Assembly (NCBI GenBank): GCA_036867785.1
Contig: CP145412.1
Location: 868,001 to 932,000, forward strand
Direction of reading: 5' to 3'
DNA length: 64,000 nt
Source of the DNA: Plasmodiophora brassicae
Taxonomy: Eukaryota
A model generated the notes under the pieces. It saw only the letters and a program-made list of their open reading frames with translations. It was not told where the DNA came from and did not search any database. Shown here piece by piece: positions 28,370 through 41,596 of the stretch (the stretch's first letter is position 1; each line of letters starts with the position of its first letter). The translations under genes were made by a program, and so were the position numbers.

Positions 28370-29588
28370 AATGTTACAGACCTCGTGCAACCAGGTATGT
28401 CGCAGGTACTGACTCCTGTATCAGTTGATGCAGGATTAGGTCGGATGATGAAGCACTGGGCAGCAAATGTCCTTGACGCTGAGTCGAGAATGCCGCGTTC
28501 GACTCCAAATGGGCAGACGGTTCGTCCACTGTTGCCGAACGTCGTATTCTGACGTCTCCGTTGATTGCGAAAAGGGGGAGGACTGAACAGAGCCGGAGCC
28601 GGGAGGTCACACGAACGCAACGGCTACCGGAGACTCTCAATAGTGTTGCAGAACACTATAATGACTATGGGTATCGATGGCCATCTTTCGTGTCAGAAGC
28701 CGGATAGACATCCCTCCACCAATGGACGACGGCATCAATGCCGGACTGTCTGACGATCGCGGGTGCCGTCTGGCGCTGTACTGCCTGCGATTGGTGCGTA
28801 CAGCGCCAGCCCTGACGGGAAGACTCCACGTTTCGAACACGTTGGCTGCAGAACAGGCAACATGGCAAGCCAGGTACCGAAGCCGCCGTCGACCTCCGCA
28901 TGCCTTGTAATTCAAGCCTGGCAAATTGGAACTATCACACCTACAGTAGCTTCGTGCGGTCCGTTGGTTTGGAAAGCTGCCGCGGTACTGTATGAACCCC
29001 CGATGGACACGGCGTAGATCGCCGACGACACGTTGCACACAATTGGCATATGGCCTGGGAGTGTTCCAGAAGCTTCTGGACCGCAGCAGGTGGTGAAGCG
29101 CGGTGTCCCGGGTGAAGCGCGGTGTCCCGGTCCAGTGATAATACTCCGGGCCGGGGTGACGCCAGTGTGTCTGAGGTAGGTACATTCGTCGCGGCAGGAC
29201 GGACACGTCACCGCAGTCGCCAAAGTCCGTGGTGCCATTCCCAAATCCGGCGCCGCCAGCACCAACCACTCACACACAAGCAAGCAGCGCAGTCTCGGGC
29301 GGCGGGTCGTGCCTGCGTCAACCGTCAGCAACAGCGGGTCGGTCGGCGGTGACGTCACTCAGTGTTTCGCCCGGAACCACGATCGTCTGACACTGGTTGA
29401 TAGCCGCCACACCCGTTGCGCCAGGCGTGACGTCCTTCCTCTCCTGAAACTGCGCAGCGATTGACGTACTGCGATCGGTCGGGCAGAAACGTTCTCGCCC
29501 ACGCCCGCATTATAGTAAGCGCCACGCGTCCAGGGCGGCGTACCGTACTAGTCGACCGGCGCCTTCCGCTATATCTCTGCACGGCGGC

Positions 29589-30197
29589 ATGTCGAACCAC
29601 AACGGCACGGCGCAGCCCATGCTCTGCCTGAACGGCTGCGGCTTCTTCGGGTACTTGCCGTCGTATACGCTCGCTACGTCGTCCATCGCCACTGACGCCC
29701 ATGTCGCAGGACCGCGGATCACCGTAATCTGTGCTCCTCGTGCTACAACGAGGTCATCAAGGCCGAACAAGCTGCGTCGGCGACGTCGTCGTCGCCAGCA
29801 CCCGTGCCTTCGTCCGTTGATGTCCCGCCAGCGATCGCTGAACCTGTTCCAGCGGCGGTTGCCCCAGCAGCAGTGCCGCCGCCCGCGCCTGAAGTAGCAA
29901 CTCGAGCGGCGGTGCCTGCTGATCTCGCTCCCTCTCCGGTGCAAGATCGTTCACGATGCGCCATATGCCCCAAGAAGCTTCGTCTGGCTCAACAGTTCGC
30001 CTGCATGTGTGGGCGGACATTCTGTGGCCAGCACCGCTACGCGGAAGCCCATGAGTGCACGTTCGATTATGTCAAACGGAACCAGACGCAGCTGCGCAAG
30101 GATAACCCAGAGGTATAACGTGCTCCTTGTGACCTCGGTTTGCAGGTGTCTGAACGCCCCTCTGCAGGTGGTTGCGAGCAAGGTATCAAAGATTTAA
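29589..30197 (+). CDS. A20/AN1 zinc-finger protein, 3 exons
   Basis: LCLNGCGFFG|..NLCSSCY (A20); RCAICPKKL..FACMCGRTFCGQHRYAEAHECTFDY (AN1); NPEVVASKVSKI end. Confidence 0.92.
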
Positions 30198-30385
30198 ACG
30201 GGCCACGGGTGAATGGTCCATCTGCATTTGATGTCCGCGCATGTCGAGAATCCTCACAACACCGCATGGGGCTCTATCTTCTGGCCACACGTTTCCGACG
30301 ATTTTGATAAAATTTACTAGATTGGGAGATGCGACATTGGCGATAGAGCAGTGTGACGGTTTCCGCCACAATTCTTCACAGGCGA

Positions 30386-31890
30386 TTACCAGGCGAATGC
30401 ATTCGGCGTGTTCGACTGGGGCGGCGTCGGTGACGTGCTTCCGAATGGGTTGTTGGAATTGCTCGAAGGCGCTGCCTTAGGTGGCTGCTGGGGAGACGCT
30501 TGTCCGTATGGACTAGGGACAGAATACGCTTGCCACGCGTTTGTATCTTGAGGCGGGTACGGTGGCTGCTGCTGCTGCTGCTGCTGTGATTGCGGCTGCT
30601 GGGCATACCCTTGGAAATGTTGTTGAGGAGCGAAGCCGGACGGCGCCATCGGCGGGTAACCTTGCTGGGAGCTGAACATTGCTTGCCCAGCAAACGTTTG
30701 CGAGTCAAGTGCGAATCCTTGTGATTGTGGTGCGGGTGGAGGTACACCTTGAGACTGCGGCGGGTATCCTTGCAGGCTGGGAGGCGACGCGGCAGGAAAA
30801 TTGGCAAAACCAGAGGACGAAGGGAGCATTTGTCCCATAGGCATCATCCCTGACTGTCCAGAGCCCATGGGTACGCCTGCGGGTCCTGGCGCCATAGGCA
30901 TGCCTGCCGGCGCAGGTGGATATCCATACGGCGCCATTGGATAGGGTGGGTTCGGTGCCTGGGACTGCTGCTGAAAGTACGGCGGTGGTTGAACCGGTGC
31001 TGGTGGCTCTTGGAAGAGGCTCATAATGTCTTGCTTTGTGTTCTTGACGGGCTCGGCAGGGGCCGATGCAGCCTCGAACGACCCGAATGCCAGATCAGTG
31101 GCCTCTGGCGACGTCGGCGCGAACTGGGCGAAATTCGCAAATGGCGACGGCGGCCCCTGAAGAGAGAGGGCGGCAACGCCCGCCCCCGCCGCTTTCGCCG
31201 TCTTCTTTGGCTTTTCGCCCTTCGACTTTGACGATGCTTTCGATGGCGCCGCCGCCGACTTCGAGTTCTTTGTCGCGGCCGCCTGCTTCCGTCTCTGCGC
31301 GTCGCCACTGTCCTCGCTGCTGTCGTCAGAGGTGCTGTCGTCGGCAGAGCTCTCATCGGAGTCGTCCTCGGAGGTGTCGCCTTCGGAACTGGACTCCTTC
31401 CCAGCAGCCTTCTTCTTCGCCTTCGACTTCGTCGCCGACTGTTCCATTGCCTTCGACGATGCAGTTGACGATTTCGCACAGAACGCTTTCTGCTCGTACT
31501 TCTGCCTGATGAAGGTCTCTACGACCTTGTCGTTCGTGTCCGGCGTCGGCTTTTTATCGGGCGCCAGGTTCACCTCGTAGTAGGCGTTGACCTTCTTATT
31601 GCCCCACTGCTGCATGACGTCGACCCATTCGGGTTTCCATTCGTCTAGCGTGACGGAGCGGACCTTGGAGATATGCACGCCCAGGTTGCGATGTATACCT
31701 GCACGACATGATTACACACCATGACGGGGAGGTGCGTTTTCGGCAGCCACGTACCCGAGCATCGGATACATACGAAGCATCCGATGTTGATGGAGGCCCA
31801 TCGCGGCTGCCTGGTATTACAGTCGACGCAGGTCTTGTTCTCGGATTTCTTCAGCAGCTTCTTCAGCTTCTCGATCTCGTCGGCCCCCAT
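30386..31890 (-). CDS. ArfGAP domain protein (SMAP-like)
   Basis: NKTCVDC..PRWASINIGCFVCIRCSG|IHRNLGVHISKVRSVTLDEW; Pro/Gln-rich tail with NPF. Confidence 0.92.
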
Positions 31891-32419
31891 CGTCCGACAG
31901 CGACGACCGCCGCCTCGATCGCGTGATCAATGTGGGCGCGTGCGCCGCCCCCACACAGTATCGTCGAATATCTCCAGGCCAGGCCGACCCAGCCAGCAAC
32001 AAGGCTGACCGATGACGACCAAAACGGACCGGGGCCGACTTCCCCGCCCACGTCGTCGTTTGCGAGCGTGGCTTCTAAATATTTTGAGAGCATTTTAGGC
32101 GGCGCAGCTGACATCCATCCGACCATCCCCCGTCCAGCCCCCCGTCGAATCATTTGGGTACGCAAGTATTGCCAGAGTGAAGGAGCTTAGGGTTTACCTG
32201 CACAAGTATCACGCCAGGGCAACCAGCGTGTTCGTCGTTGTCGTCGGGCAATCACTGACTGATGCAGGCACCTGATCGATGAGGACGCAGATGGTAGGCC
32301 GAGCTGCCGTATATACTTAGCATACGTTCACATGCAGGCGCACCCCCGGGCATCTTCTAGAATAGTACACACGGCACCGCCGACATGGCCACGGTCATGG
32401 ATAACGGTATCCAACGCCT

Positions 32420-33381
32420 TCAGAACGTTGCTGGCAGAAGGAGTCGCGTTTTATGTAGGTCACCCAGGAAAAGCGATGTCATTTGGGGGCACGACGTAGG
32501 CATGCGTTGCTGCATTAACATTAGAGGCAGCAATCCGCAACAACGGTCACGTAGAAATCGGTACTGCCAATGGGCAATGGGCAATGGCCAGTAGGGAGCC
32601 AGAAGCGGTGTGCATGAAGGGCAGCTCGTTGGCGATTGAGATATATCACCGCCTGTCCGAACGGGGCCAACGCTGCCGAATAACGGAAACGTTTGGGCGT
32701 AATAGGGAAATTTGAACGTGTACTTCGGTGTTAACCATGGGCTTGACAAGTTACACCTTCTATGAATAGCGTTTTGATCACGCCGGGCAGCCTCTCGTAG
32801 AGAGCCGTCGACTGTTGGACGACCTGCCTGTTAATCAACATGGAGGACCCTTTTACGGCGACACGAATCTGCGTTGACGACCCGCCTGTCACATCGTCAG
32901 CCTTATGGACACCAATCACTGGAGCGCTCTTGTTGCCTTGGGCTGAAATAACGTCGATAACCGTTTCCGTTGATAACCCAAATAGGTCTATCGTCGTGTT
33001 CATTGAGTAGACAGCTCGGTGGGCGTCATCGTTGAAACACCTATGCGAGATGTTAGAGTTCGCGGTATGGCCAATCGCAGACGAATTTGCCTACCGATGA
33101 ACTGTCTCGAGGCGTACCTCATAGCCAGCAAACCGTTGCGCCCCCTTAACAACCCGCTGCGCGAAGTCACCCTCCCATTCGCTGATTTCCTGTTCGGTGA
33201 CATCGTCATGGGATACGAGCTGCACCCAGACCTGAGACGATTTCAGAATCGACAGGACCGACTCCTTCGGCACGTCGACCGCAACGTCCAGAACCGTCGT
33301 CAGTCCAGACCCTCGCCCTGCAATGCCCATCGCGTCCCCAGAATGTCCAAGCACACGCGTTGCAAGAGAGGCGCATGCCAC
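32420..33381 (-). pseudogene. Possible decayed gene of unknown family
   Basis: Protein-like ORF pieces (33091-33381, 32731-33003, 32420-32749) separated by stops or frameshifts. Confidence 0.3.
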
Positions 33382-33579
33382 TACGAACGTGACTCAGATA
33401 AGGACCACTGAAGCAGCGCGGCATGGAATCTAGATGATGATGAAACATCAAGGACTAGGGACGTAGCTGGTCGGGCATAACCGCTGTGCCCAGCGGACCG
33501 CCCATCACAGTACCCATTCAACGGGAGTGCGGGCAGAACGACCGCCTGCCTGTCACCCCTGCTGTTCTGCTGACGACGG

Positions 33580-35644
33580 ATGGCGACCAGCGCCGGCGAA
33601 GTCGATGAGACGCGTCGCCTTTTCGACAGCGGCCCCGAGTACGCGTCGTTACTGCAGCGGCCGACCGCTCGTCAGCTATCGCCGGGCAGTCGCCGTCGGC
33701 ATGACCCGTTGTCGACCTGGCAGGCGATTGCATACGCCCTGCCGAGCTTGGCAGTCGCCGCTCAGTACCTGCCGACGCACATCCACGTCTTCAAGTTCTA
33801 CACCGACACGCTGATGGTCCCTGCTGGATCCCTGGCAGTCGGGACGGCCGTTGCCCGCGCCATGGACTGCCTCATCGACCCGATCGTCGGGTGGATCTCA
33901 GACAACACCGGTACTCGTACTGTGCGACGCCCGCTGATCGACCCCTCCCGACTCATTGCACGTCGCCCTAGAATCGTCGTGGGGCCGTCGTAAGCCCTAC
34001 ATCCTCGCATCGTTGCCGTTTAACGCGATCGCGTACTATCTGCTGTTCACGCCGTCGTCGACCCTGGCCGGGCACGCCGCCACACAGTGGTTCACGTTCT
34101 TCTTCTTCCTGTTCCTGGCCGTTCCCCTCAGCCTGCCGTACTACAGCCTGGGCCCGGAGCTCACATCTGACAACGCGGGCCGTGTTCGAGTACGTCCCCG
34201 CTCTGCCGCTCCCTGCGCCGCCGGTTGATGTTGTTTTCCACAGTTGTTCGTGTACGCCGAGGTCTGGGACAAGGTCGGCATCATATTCGCGGCCATTCTG
34301 CCGTCCCTGCTGATCGTCGCTTTCCATGGCGATATTCGTCGAGCGTATTCCGACGCTGCCCTGATCATTGGCGGGCTGACCATTCTGACGTTCTCCACCT
34401 TACTCATCTTTGTCGAGGAACCTCAACGCCCTCGTGAAATCCTCCGTAATGTCGGTCGCGCCTGCTTGCCATTGTCGACCCTGTCTGATGCTTGTGGCCG
34501 TCCCAAAGGTGAAATCGTCACAGTTCGTGCCGGGCATTCGCCGGGCCATGAGAAACGCCCCATACAGGCTGTTGATGTACGCGGCGACAATCGGGACGCT
34601 ATCACATGCTGTCACGAACGTCATTGTCACGTACTATGTCGCGTGCGTTATCCGAGTCGACGGGCCCGAGGAATTCCTCGGCACGGTCCTGTGCACGTTC
34701 TTCATCCCCGCTGCACTATCCATCCCGGTCTGGCACTTCCTGGCCCGAATAACCGATACGCGCCGGGCCTGGCTCATCGGATGGGCATCACACGTACCGA
34801 TCTGTGCGGCAGCGTTCACCCTAGGTCCAGGACAGGTGAAACCGTTCCTGGTCATCACCGGCTGCATGGGCGTGTCCTACGGTGGAAGCTTCCTGAGCAA
34901 GGCCATGATCTCTGATGCCATCGACTACCAAGAGGTTAGCTGGCCTGTGCCACTCGCAGTCACTGTCCTGATCTGTTTCGAGGTCAGCTACGAACCGGGT
35001 CACGTTCTGAAGGGCAGTTCCTAGCATGGATGACGCTGATCCCTAAGCTGACCGTTATCCCTGCAAGTTCGATCCCGTTGGTGATAATGAGCAGCACTGG
35101 GTACGTGCCCAATACGGCGGTGCAGAATCCAGGGACGACGATGGCACTTCGAGTCATGTTCGGTCTGCTGCCCTGCGTCCTGTCGTCAATCACGTTCATC
35201 ATCGCGTACCAGTACCCGATTACAGGCGCGGTCCAGGAGCGCATACAACGCATGGTGGCCGCCCAGCATGATAACCATCGCGCCCTGATCGACCCGATCT
35301 CGGGCGCTGCGTTCACCATCCAGCATGGGTTCTCTATGGATATGGACCATTTCTCCAGCGACGAACTGTACCATCTCGCCCAGGCCAACGGGTGGATGGT
35401 CGTGCATCGTAGGCTGGTGCGCTCGTTGGTCATGTGGACGGCGTCCCTGGTCCTATCGGTTGCTATTGGCATATCGACGTTCTCTGAGTTGTCCACTGTC
35501 CTGGCGACCTGCCTTGCCAGCGTCAGCGTCATGATGATCGGATACCACGCGTTCCGATTACGGGCGCTCTACGATTTCACGGACGAATCGCAGGCGGGTC
35601 TGAAAGCCAATCTGGAGCAGATGATGCAAGCCGACCAATACTGA
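33580..35644 (+). CDS. MFS transporter of the GPH/MelB (MFSD2-like) family, multi-exon
   Basis: ARAMDCLIDPIVGWISDNT, WGRRKPYI, PYYSLGPELT, MISDAIDYQE and multiple TM helices. Confidence 0.88.
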
Positions 35645-35683
35645 AAGCAATCAGGACGTCCTTTAATATACGCCGCGTGTACC

Positions 35684-36282
35684 TCACAATGACTTGACGT
35701 ACTCGTTGAATTCTCGCTCATATCGAGCACGGTGTTCGGCATCGGCTGCCTGATACGTCATTCGTTGATCATCTCCGGCCTCCTGCCACATCTTCCCTAA
35801 CAAACGCCCAACATCGCCTACGTGGCGCTGAGGATATTGCATGGTCTGCGATAGGACGTCATTCTCACCGAATGAAGCTTTAGGATTTGCCTCAACGACT
35901 TGGCCACGGTTGTCTTGACAGAAGAGCAGATAGGCCCCTAACGGCCTCCTACGTCACATGCTGAAGTCAGAGGGGTACAGCAGCTGACGTAGCGGGCTGA
36001 CTTGGGCGCATTTGGATCCCGCTTAAATTTCTTGCGTCGTTTCCTCTTCTTCCTCACGACAGGAACAGGGGCATTCCGGGCTGTGGTTTGCGTGTCAACC
36101 GTGACAGCCTGTGGACGCCATCCTCCACACAGCGTACCTGCAATCTCGGAGACAGGCGGCTGCGCAATCGGCTTTCGGTCGACACTGAACGCGTCCCGTC
36201 CGGGATTGCGATCCTCAGCGCGACCTGCATTGGACGCAGGCGCCTGGCAGCGACCGTCGCCCGGGGGCCCTTCGTACTTCAT
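35684..36282 (-). CDS. HMG-box protein (Nhp6/HMGB-like), multi-exon
   Basis: Manual splicing gives KKFKRDPNAPK|RPLGAYLLFCQDNRGQVVEANPKASFG|DVGRLLGKMWQEA..YEREFNEYVKSL*. Confidence 0.88.
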
Positions 36283-36354
36283 CTGGGCGGGTGGTCGCGG
36301 GGTCCGCCGCCGGACTTGCTTGGCCGGGGACACCACCCAGCCGCTGCGACCGCC

Positions 36355-37857
36355 ATGGCGCACGAAGAGGACGCGATGGAGTTCGACCTGGCCGACGGTA
36401 TACTCGCGTCCGTGTTCGGCCAGATGGAGGTTGCCGATGCGGTCGCCAGTGAGAACAACGTGGAAGCGGGGGCGTCGGTGCCGACGTCGCCATCCGGGAA
36501 AGCGGGCGACGCCGAATCGGATCAGGCTACACAGGAACGAGCTCGCCCGTATTTCCGACACGTGTACATTCCATTGCCAACGAAACGATTTCGGTACATG
36601 TCGCATGCCGAAATATCGGTCGTCGTTCGGCAATCGTTGCAGCAGCTGCAGACCAAGAACCCGATGGATGACGACTTCTATTACCAGGTCACCATGGCAC
36701 GATCTGGAGGTCCTTGGAAAGGCGTCGGCCTGCCCAGTATCGAGACGACTGGGCCATTGATGGCCAATCGGTTCCGGAACCCGGATGGGTCACCGATTCT
36801 GCCGGAAGGCACACTAGGCCGGGTCGCGTTGTCGTCGGTTCGCAAGCCTCGAACTCTGCTGCAACTGACGGGGGATTCAAAAGGTACGACGACAGCCCCT
36901 GACGCTGATGCAGCAGTGATTGGCGGGCCCAGGCGGTTCATGTTCGCGAAGTTCTCCCTGCCGTACATAATTGAGGAAGGCATTCGTTGCATTATGGATG
37001 TGGAAGACGTCGACAATATCCTGCTGGCGTTCCCGTCAGCGAATGCAGAGGAAGCCGCACAGCAGGCTGCCCTACACCAGCAGCGCCTCCGACTTGGACG
37101 CCGTTTGCTTGAGCATCTGGGGTTCGGGGACCTCGTTGACCCCGATGGGAACCCGTTGCCAGATCGGCTTCTAGAAACACCTGATGAAGGGCATATCCTG
37201 TTTAAGTATGCCGCCCAAGCCAAAGGTCGGACACTTGTCCTACGAGCGTTGATGTGCTTGAGAACCGATCAGGTCTACCTCGTTGTCCGCGCCATGATGT
37301 CCCGGTTGAGTCTGTTCGCCTTGCCAGAGGATGTTGTCCCGATCGACATGCAAATGGGCGTTGTTATTGACCGCCACCTCGAGAAATGGTTGCCACCCCA
37401 GATCATCGGCTTAATGCAGATTGTTCTGTCCGGTCTCGGTCCTGTTCCGCTGGTGGAGATCGCCAGGTCCCTGGTCGGATCTGTGATTATTCTTTCGTTC
37501 TGCAAACGCGGCCACGAACTTCGAAACCACCCGATGGCGCCTCCCATCGACGTTGCCACGTGGCTTGAGCTGTTTGGCGTCATCTGGGGCCAGTTGTCGG
37601 TCAACTTTGCGCAAGTTATCACCCCGTCATCCGACGGGATGCGAGTCGCCCCAGACGCCACCCGGTGGCGCATCCTTGCCGACCTGTCGTCCCATGCATC
37701 GCCGGAACAGCTCGCCATGATTCCTCGGGAGGGCGATCTCTGGGTACACGTTGAAACAGCCGTCCCAGTTCACCCCCCTGCAGCGTACTTCGCCTCGCTC
37801 GCAACCTCGATCTACAGACCGCCTCCGCCGCCAGGCATCCCAGGTCCAGCGCAGTGA
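36355..37857 (+). CDS. PAT1: PAT1 mRNA-decapping activator
   Basis: YMSHAEISVVVRQSLQQLQTKNPMDDDFYYQV, LGRVALSSVRKPRTLLQL and KGRTLVLRAL motifs. Confidence 0.8.
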   Translation: MAHEEDAMEFDLADGILASVFGQMEVADAVASENNVEAGASVPTSPSGKAGDAESDQATQERARPYFRHVYIPLPTKRFRYMSHAEISVVVRQSLQQLQTKNPMDDDFYYQVTMARSGGPWKGVGLPSIETTGPLMANRFRNPDGSPILPEGTLGRVALSSVRKPRTLLQLTGDSKGTTTAPDADAAVIGGPRRFMFAKFSLPYIIEEGIRCIMDVEDVDNILLAFPSANAEEAAQQAALHQQRLRLGRRLLEHLGFGDLVDPDGNPLPDRLLETPDEGHILFKYAAQAKGRTLVLRALMCLRTDQVYLVVRAMMSRLSLFALPEDVVPIDMQMGVVIDRHLEKWLPPQIIGLMQIVLSGLGPVPLVEIARSLVGSVIILSFCKRGHELRNHPMAPPIDVATWLELFGVIWGQLSVNFAQVITPSSDGMRVAPDATRWRILADLSSHASPEQLAMIPREGDLWVHVETAVPVHPPAAYFASLATSIYRPPPPPGIPGPAQ

Positions 37858-38067
37858 CCGATAATTCTACATACATATGTTTAAAGCGCAGTACAGCGAC
37901 GACGGCCTGTATCGTCATAACGGGGCCCGTGCAGTGCCGGCTTCCGCCTCAGTCGGGCCTCTGTGTTCTGCGACTCTCACAGCCGCCAAAAATGGGAGCC
38001 GAAAAGGACCCAATCGGAAAAGCGTCGCCTCGCTCGGGGTGGCTGGCCCCGCTTGCCGTTGGGCCGC

Positions 38068-40777
38068 ATGTCGTCATCGGGTAGCGGGGGCGGACCCGGA
38101 TTCACGTTCAACCACAATGACATGACGTTGGAGCAGGCGCAGGCGATCTGGTCGCTGCTGCGCAAGGGCATTATGGAGATTCAGAACGGCAACGCATCAA
38201 CGTTGCGATACGAAGAGTTGTACAGGTCCGATTCGGGCGTGGTAGTTAATCGTCAGCTGTTCATGGATCGTCGGCGCAGGAATGCCTATACGTTGGTGCT
38301 TCACAAACACGGGCCACTGCTATACGACGGCGTTGCTCAGACGATCCTCGACAAACTTGGTATAGCCCATCGTACCCGCCTTCGGATTCAAAACCGACTC
38401 ACCGTTTCTTTGTCCAGAGAGCATTGCCCAAACGAAAATCGACAATGCGTCCGACGACCAGCTGCTTCGTGTCCTGACCGCCGAGTGGGAGAAGCACAAA
38501 CTGATCATGACCATGATCAGGGACGTGCTTATGTATATGGACAAGACATTCTGTGAACGAGATTCTCGCATCCCCGTGTTCGCCATGGGCATTAACCTGT
38601 TCCGCACGACGATAATCGGGCGAGGATCATGTCCCGAGAAGCTTCAGTCGGTGCTTCTGAGAAGTATTTATCGGGAGCGACATCACGAGGTCATCGAGCA
38701 GGACCTGATTAAACACTGCCTGGCAATGCTGGTCGAGTGCGGGAATTGCCCGCCAGATCATCCACGAATCTACGAGGAGTACTTCGAGAAGCAGTTTCTG
38801 GAAGAGACCCGCCAATTCTATCGTCGAGAATCGGCTGAATTCATCTCCCAGAACACTGTTCCCGACTACCTGCGGAAAATCGAGATGCGCCTTAACGAGG
38901 AGGACAGCCGGGCCGATCATTATCTGCACGACGATACGAAACCGAAACTTCGCGCGGTCTGCCACGACGAGCTGATCACGAATTATGCTCAGACATTGGT
39001 GGACAATCCGAACACCGGGTGCGTCTTCCTACTGGAGCATTCAATGATTGATGGTCGGGATTCGTCGGTTGCTTGAAACAACATGTAACAATTCGATGTT
39101 CGCAGATCTGCATCGCATGTATATTCTGTTCAAGCGCGTCCCGTCGACGCTGGCTATCGTCTCTGACTGCATGAAAAGCCTTGTTCGGCAGGTCGGTGAA
39201 GCATATGTTGCCGATCCTGAAAACAAGAAGGTGGGTTGTTCTATTGAATTTGATGCCCATGTTGCTTAGTGGCGCTTGCAATCAGAACCCTTGCAAATTC
39301 GTCCAGTCCGTTCTCGATCTGAGAGCGAAGTTTTACGGTACCGTAGAGAAAGCGTTCGATGGAGATCGGTCTTTCGCACGAAGTTTGAAGGAAGCCTTTG
39401 AGCACTTTATCAATATTGGTTCGTACGGTTCTTGCGCCATGTTATCATGCGTTTGTAACCAACCTCTGCAGACTCTCGAGCCGCTCAGTACTTGTCATTG
39501 TACATTGACGGCATGCTGAAGAAGGGCCTTCGCGCAGCCGGTGAAGACGAAATCGAAATGCGTTTGGAAGAAATTGTCACCATTTTCCGGTTGATAACGG
39601 ACAAAGACGTGTTTGAGGAGTTCTACAAGATTCATTTGGCGTCACGTCTGCTGACCAGGACGCAGGCCTCAGACGATGTTGAAAAATCGATGATCGCGAA
39701 ACTGAAAGCGGAATGCGGGCATCAGTTTACCTCCAAGCTAGAGGGCATGTTCAAGAATATCGATCTGTCAACGGAAATCAACCGAGGGTTCCAGCTGTGG
39801 TTCCAGGTTAGCGTTTGCAGATTTGCAGCACGCCCTCGAAGTCAATTTTCGTTCAGGGTGCGTCTGCCGGCAAAGGTCCACAAATTTATGTCAACGTGTT
39901 GACTTCGGGTTTCTGGCCGTTTCCCGAATCGCCACCATGCGCTCTTCCTCAGTTAGTCGCATCGACTGCTGAAATGTTTGCCTCATTCTATAGGTCCAAG
40001 CATGCAGGGCACAAAATCACGTGGCAGACGTCGCTCGGCACCGCTGAACTCCAGGTAGGCAACTGGCTTCCTCGTCAATACTGTACAGCATTTTGAGTGT
40101 ACCCTGGCAGGCACGTTTCAACAAGGGGAAGAAAGAGTTGATTGTGCACACCTACCAGATGTGCATTTTGATGCTGTTCAACAACAACGATAAGTTGAGC
40201 TATGCGGACATCCTGTCCTTCACTGCAATTCCTCATGCTGAGCTGCAAAGGCATCTTCTGTCCCTGGCACATCCCAAGGTTCCAAACAGACGGGATTCTT
40301 GTTGCATATGTTCTCAGAGAGTATCCCTGTTCAGGTTAAGGTCCTACTGAAGTCACCGAATACGAAGAAAATCGAACCAGATCACATGTTCATGTACAAC
40401 ACAGAGTACACGTCTTGTTTGTACAGAATCAAGATTCCGTTGCTTGCTGCGGCGTCAGAAGCGGCTGCTGTCCAAGAACAGCCGGTCCCACCGGCAGTGA
40501 TGGAGGTGAGAAGCACATGGGGTCCTTGGCGCTCGTACAACGATGACGGGTTCATTGTCAGGCTAGGAAGAATCGCGTTGATGCTGCGATTGTCCGAATT
40601 CTGAAGGCTCGCCGAACTTTGGAGCACAGCCTCCTAGTTGCAGAGGTCCACAAGCAACTACACGCGCGTTTCAGTGCTGAGCCCCAGTTGATCAAGAGGC
40701 GCATCGAGGCACTAATCGAGAGAGAGTACCTGGAAAGGGACAAAGATGACCGCCGCATGTATCATTACCTTGCATAA
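38068..40777 (+). CDS. CUL3: Cullin (CUL3-like), multi-exon
   Basis: YEELYRNAYTLVLHKHG, MIRDVLMYMDK, DKDVFEEFYKIHLASRLL, KLKAECGHQFTSKLEGMF, IKRRIEALIEREYLER..YHYLA. Confidence 0.92.
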
Positions 40778-40877
40778 TGATCAGGGGCCCTGTCCACAGT
40801 CTGCATAAAATCTACTGTATGCCCAAGCCGATCTTCGAGAAAGTAGATTGTATATAGCATCTGTGGGATAGAGGCCT

Positions 40878-41219
40878 CTACTGCGGCATCGAGCGGATGA
40901 TGTCGGAGTCACCAGGGTCCGTGATGGTCAAGCACGACACACGGAAGTACTTGCCGCACGACGTTCCGAGTTCGATGTTGTTGCCGGAGTAGTGGTGAAC
41001 ACCAGTCTTGGCAAGCATGGCATAGTACTCGATCTCCGACTTGCGCAGCGCCGGGCAGTTGTTCGCGATGATCACGAGCTTGGCCTTGCCCATGCGGAGC
41101 GACTTCAGCGTCGACTTGTAGCCGAGCGAGTACTTGCCACTCTTAACAACGAGCTGCAGACGGGAGTTGATAGACTCGATAGCCTTCTTGGCCTTCTTCT
41201 GCTGAGTGGGAGCCACCAT
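40878..41219 (-). CDS. RPL30: 60S ribosomal protein L30 (eL30)
   Basis: [43 protein letters not shown]; probable 5'UTR intron ending CCCTAACAG just before the ATG. Confidence 0.98.
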   Translation of the reverse strand: MVAPTQQKKAKKAIESINSRLQLVVKSGKYSLGYKSTLKSLRMGKAKLVIIANNCPALRKSEIEYYAMLAKTGVHHYSGNNIELGTSCGKYFRVSCLTITDPGDSDIIRSMPQ

Positions 41220-41596
41220 TGCTGTTAGGGAGCCTGCGTTGCTCGCGGACGAACCGGTCTTTACAACGATGCAGAACGAGATCGCGTCTACCGGATTGCG
41301 CGGCTTCTCTCACGGACTCCGTGGGCAACGCATTAGGGCACCCTCATATAATTGTGAACTGAGGTTTGCCAGGCGGGTGTGAAGACTAGGTAGCTGTAGT
41401 ACGTCGCACTGTCAGACCTGAATGTTGTCAGCTTTGGTCCGCGTCTGCCAACCAGAATGAATGCATCCGTGGGCCTGAAGTACGCTGCTCTGATGAAGTT
41501 CATCAAAATTGAACTTGTGAAGAGAGATGGAGGTAAGATGCAATCGATGGAGGTAAGCACCTTGGACGCACCCAACCGCGTTCGTAGGAGTAACCT

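Noticed and set aside
29092-29129. 19-bp tandem duplication GGTGAAGCGCGGTGTCCCG
   Set aside because: Simple local duplication with no further structure.
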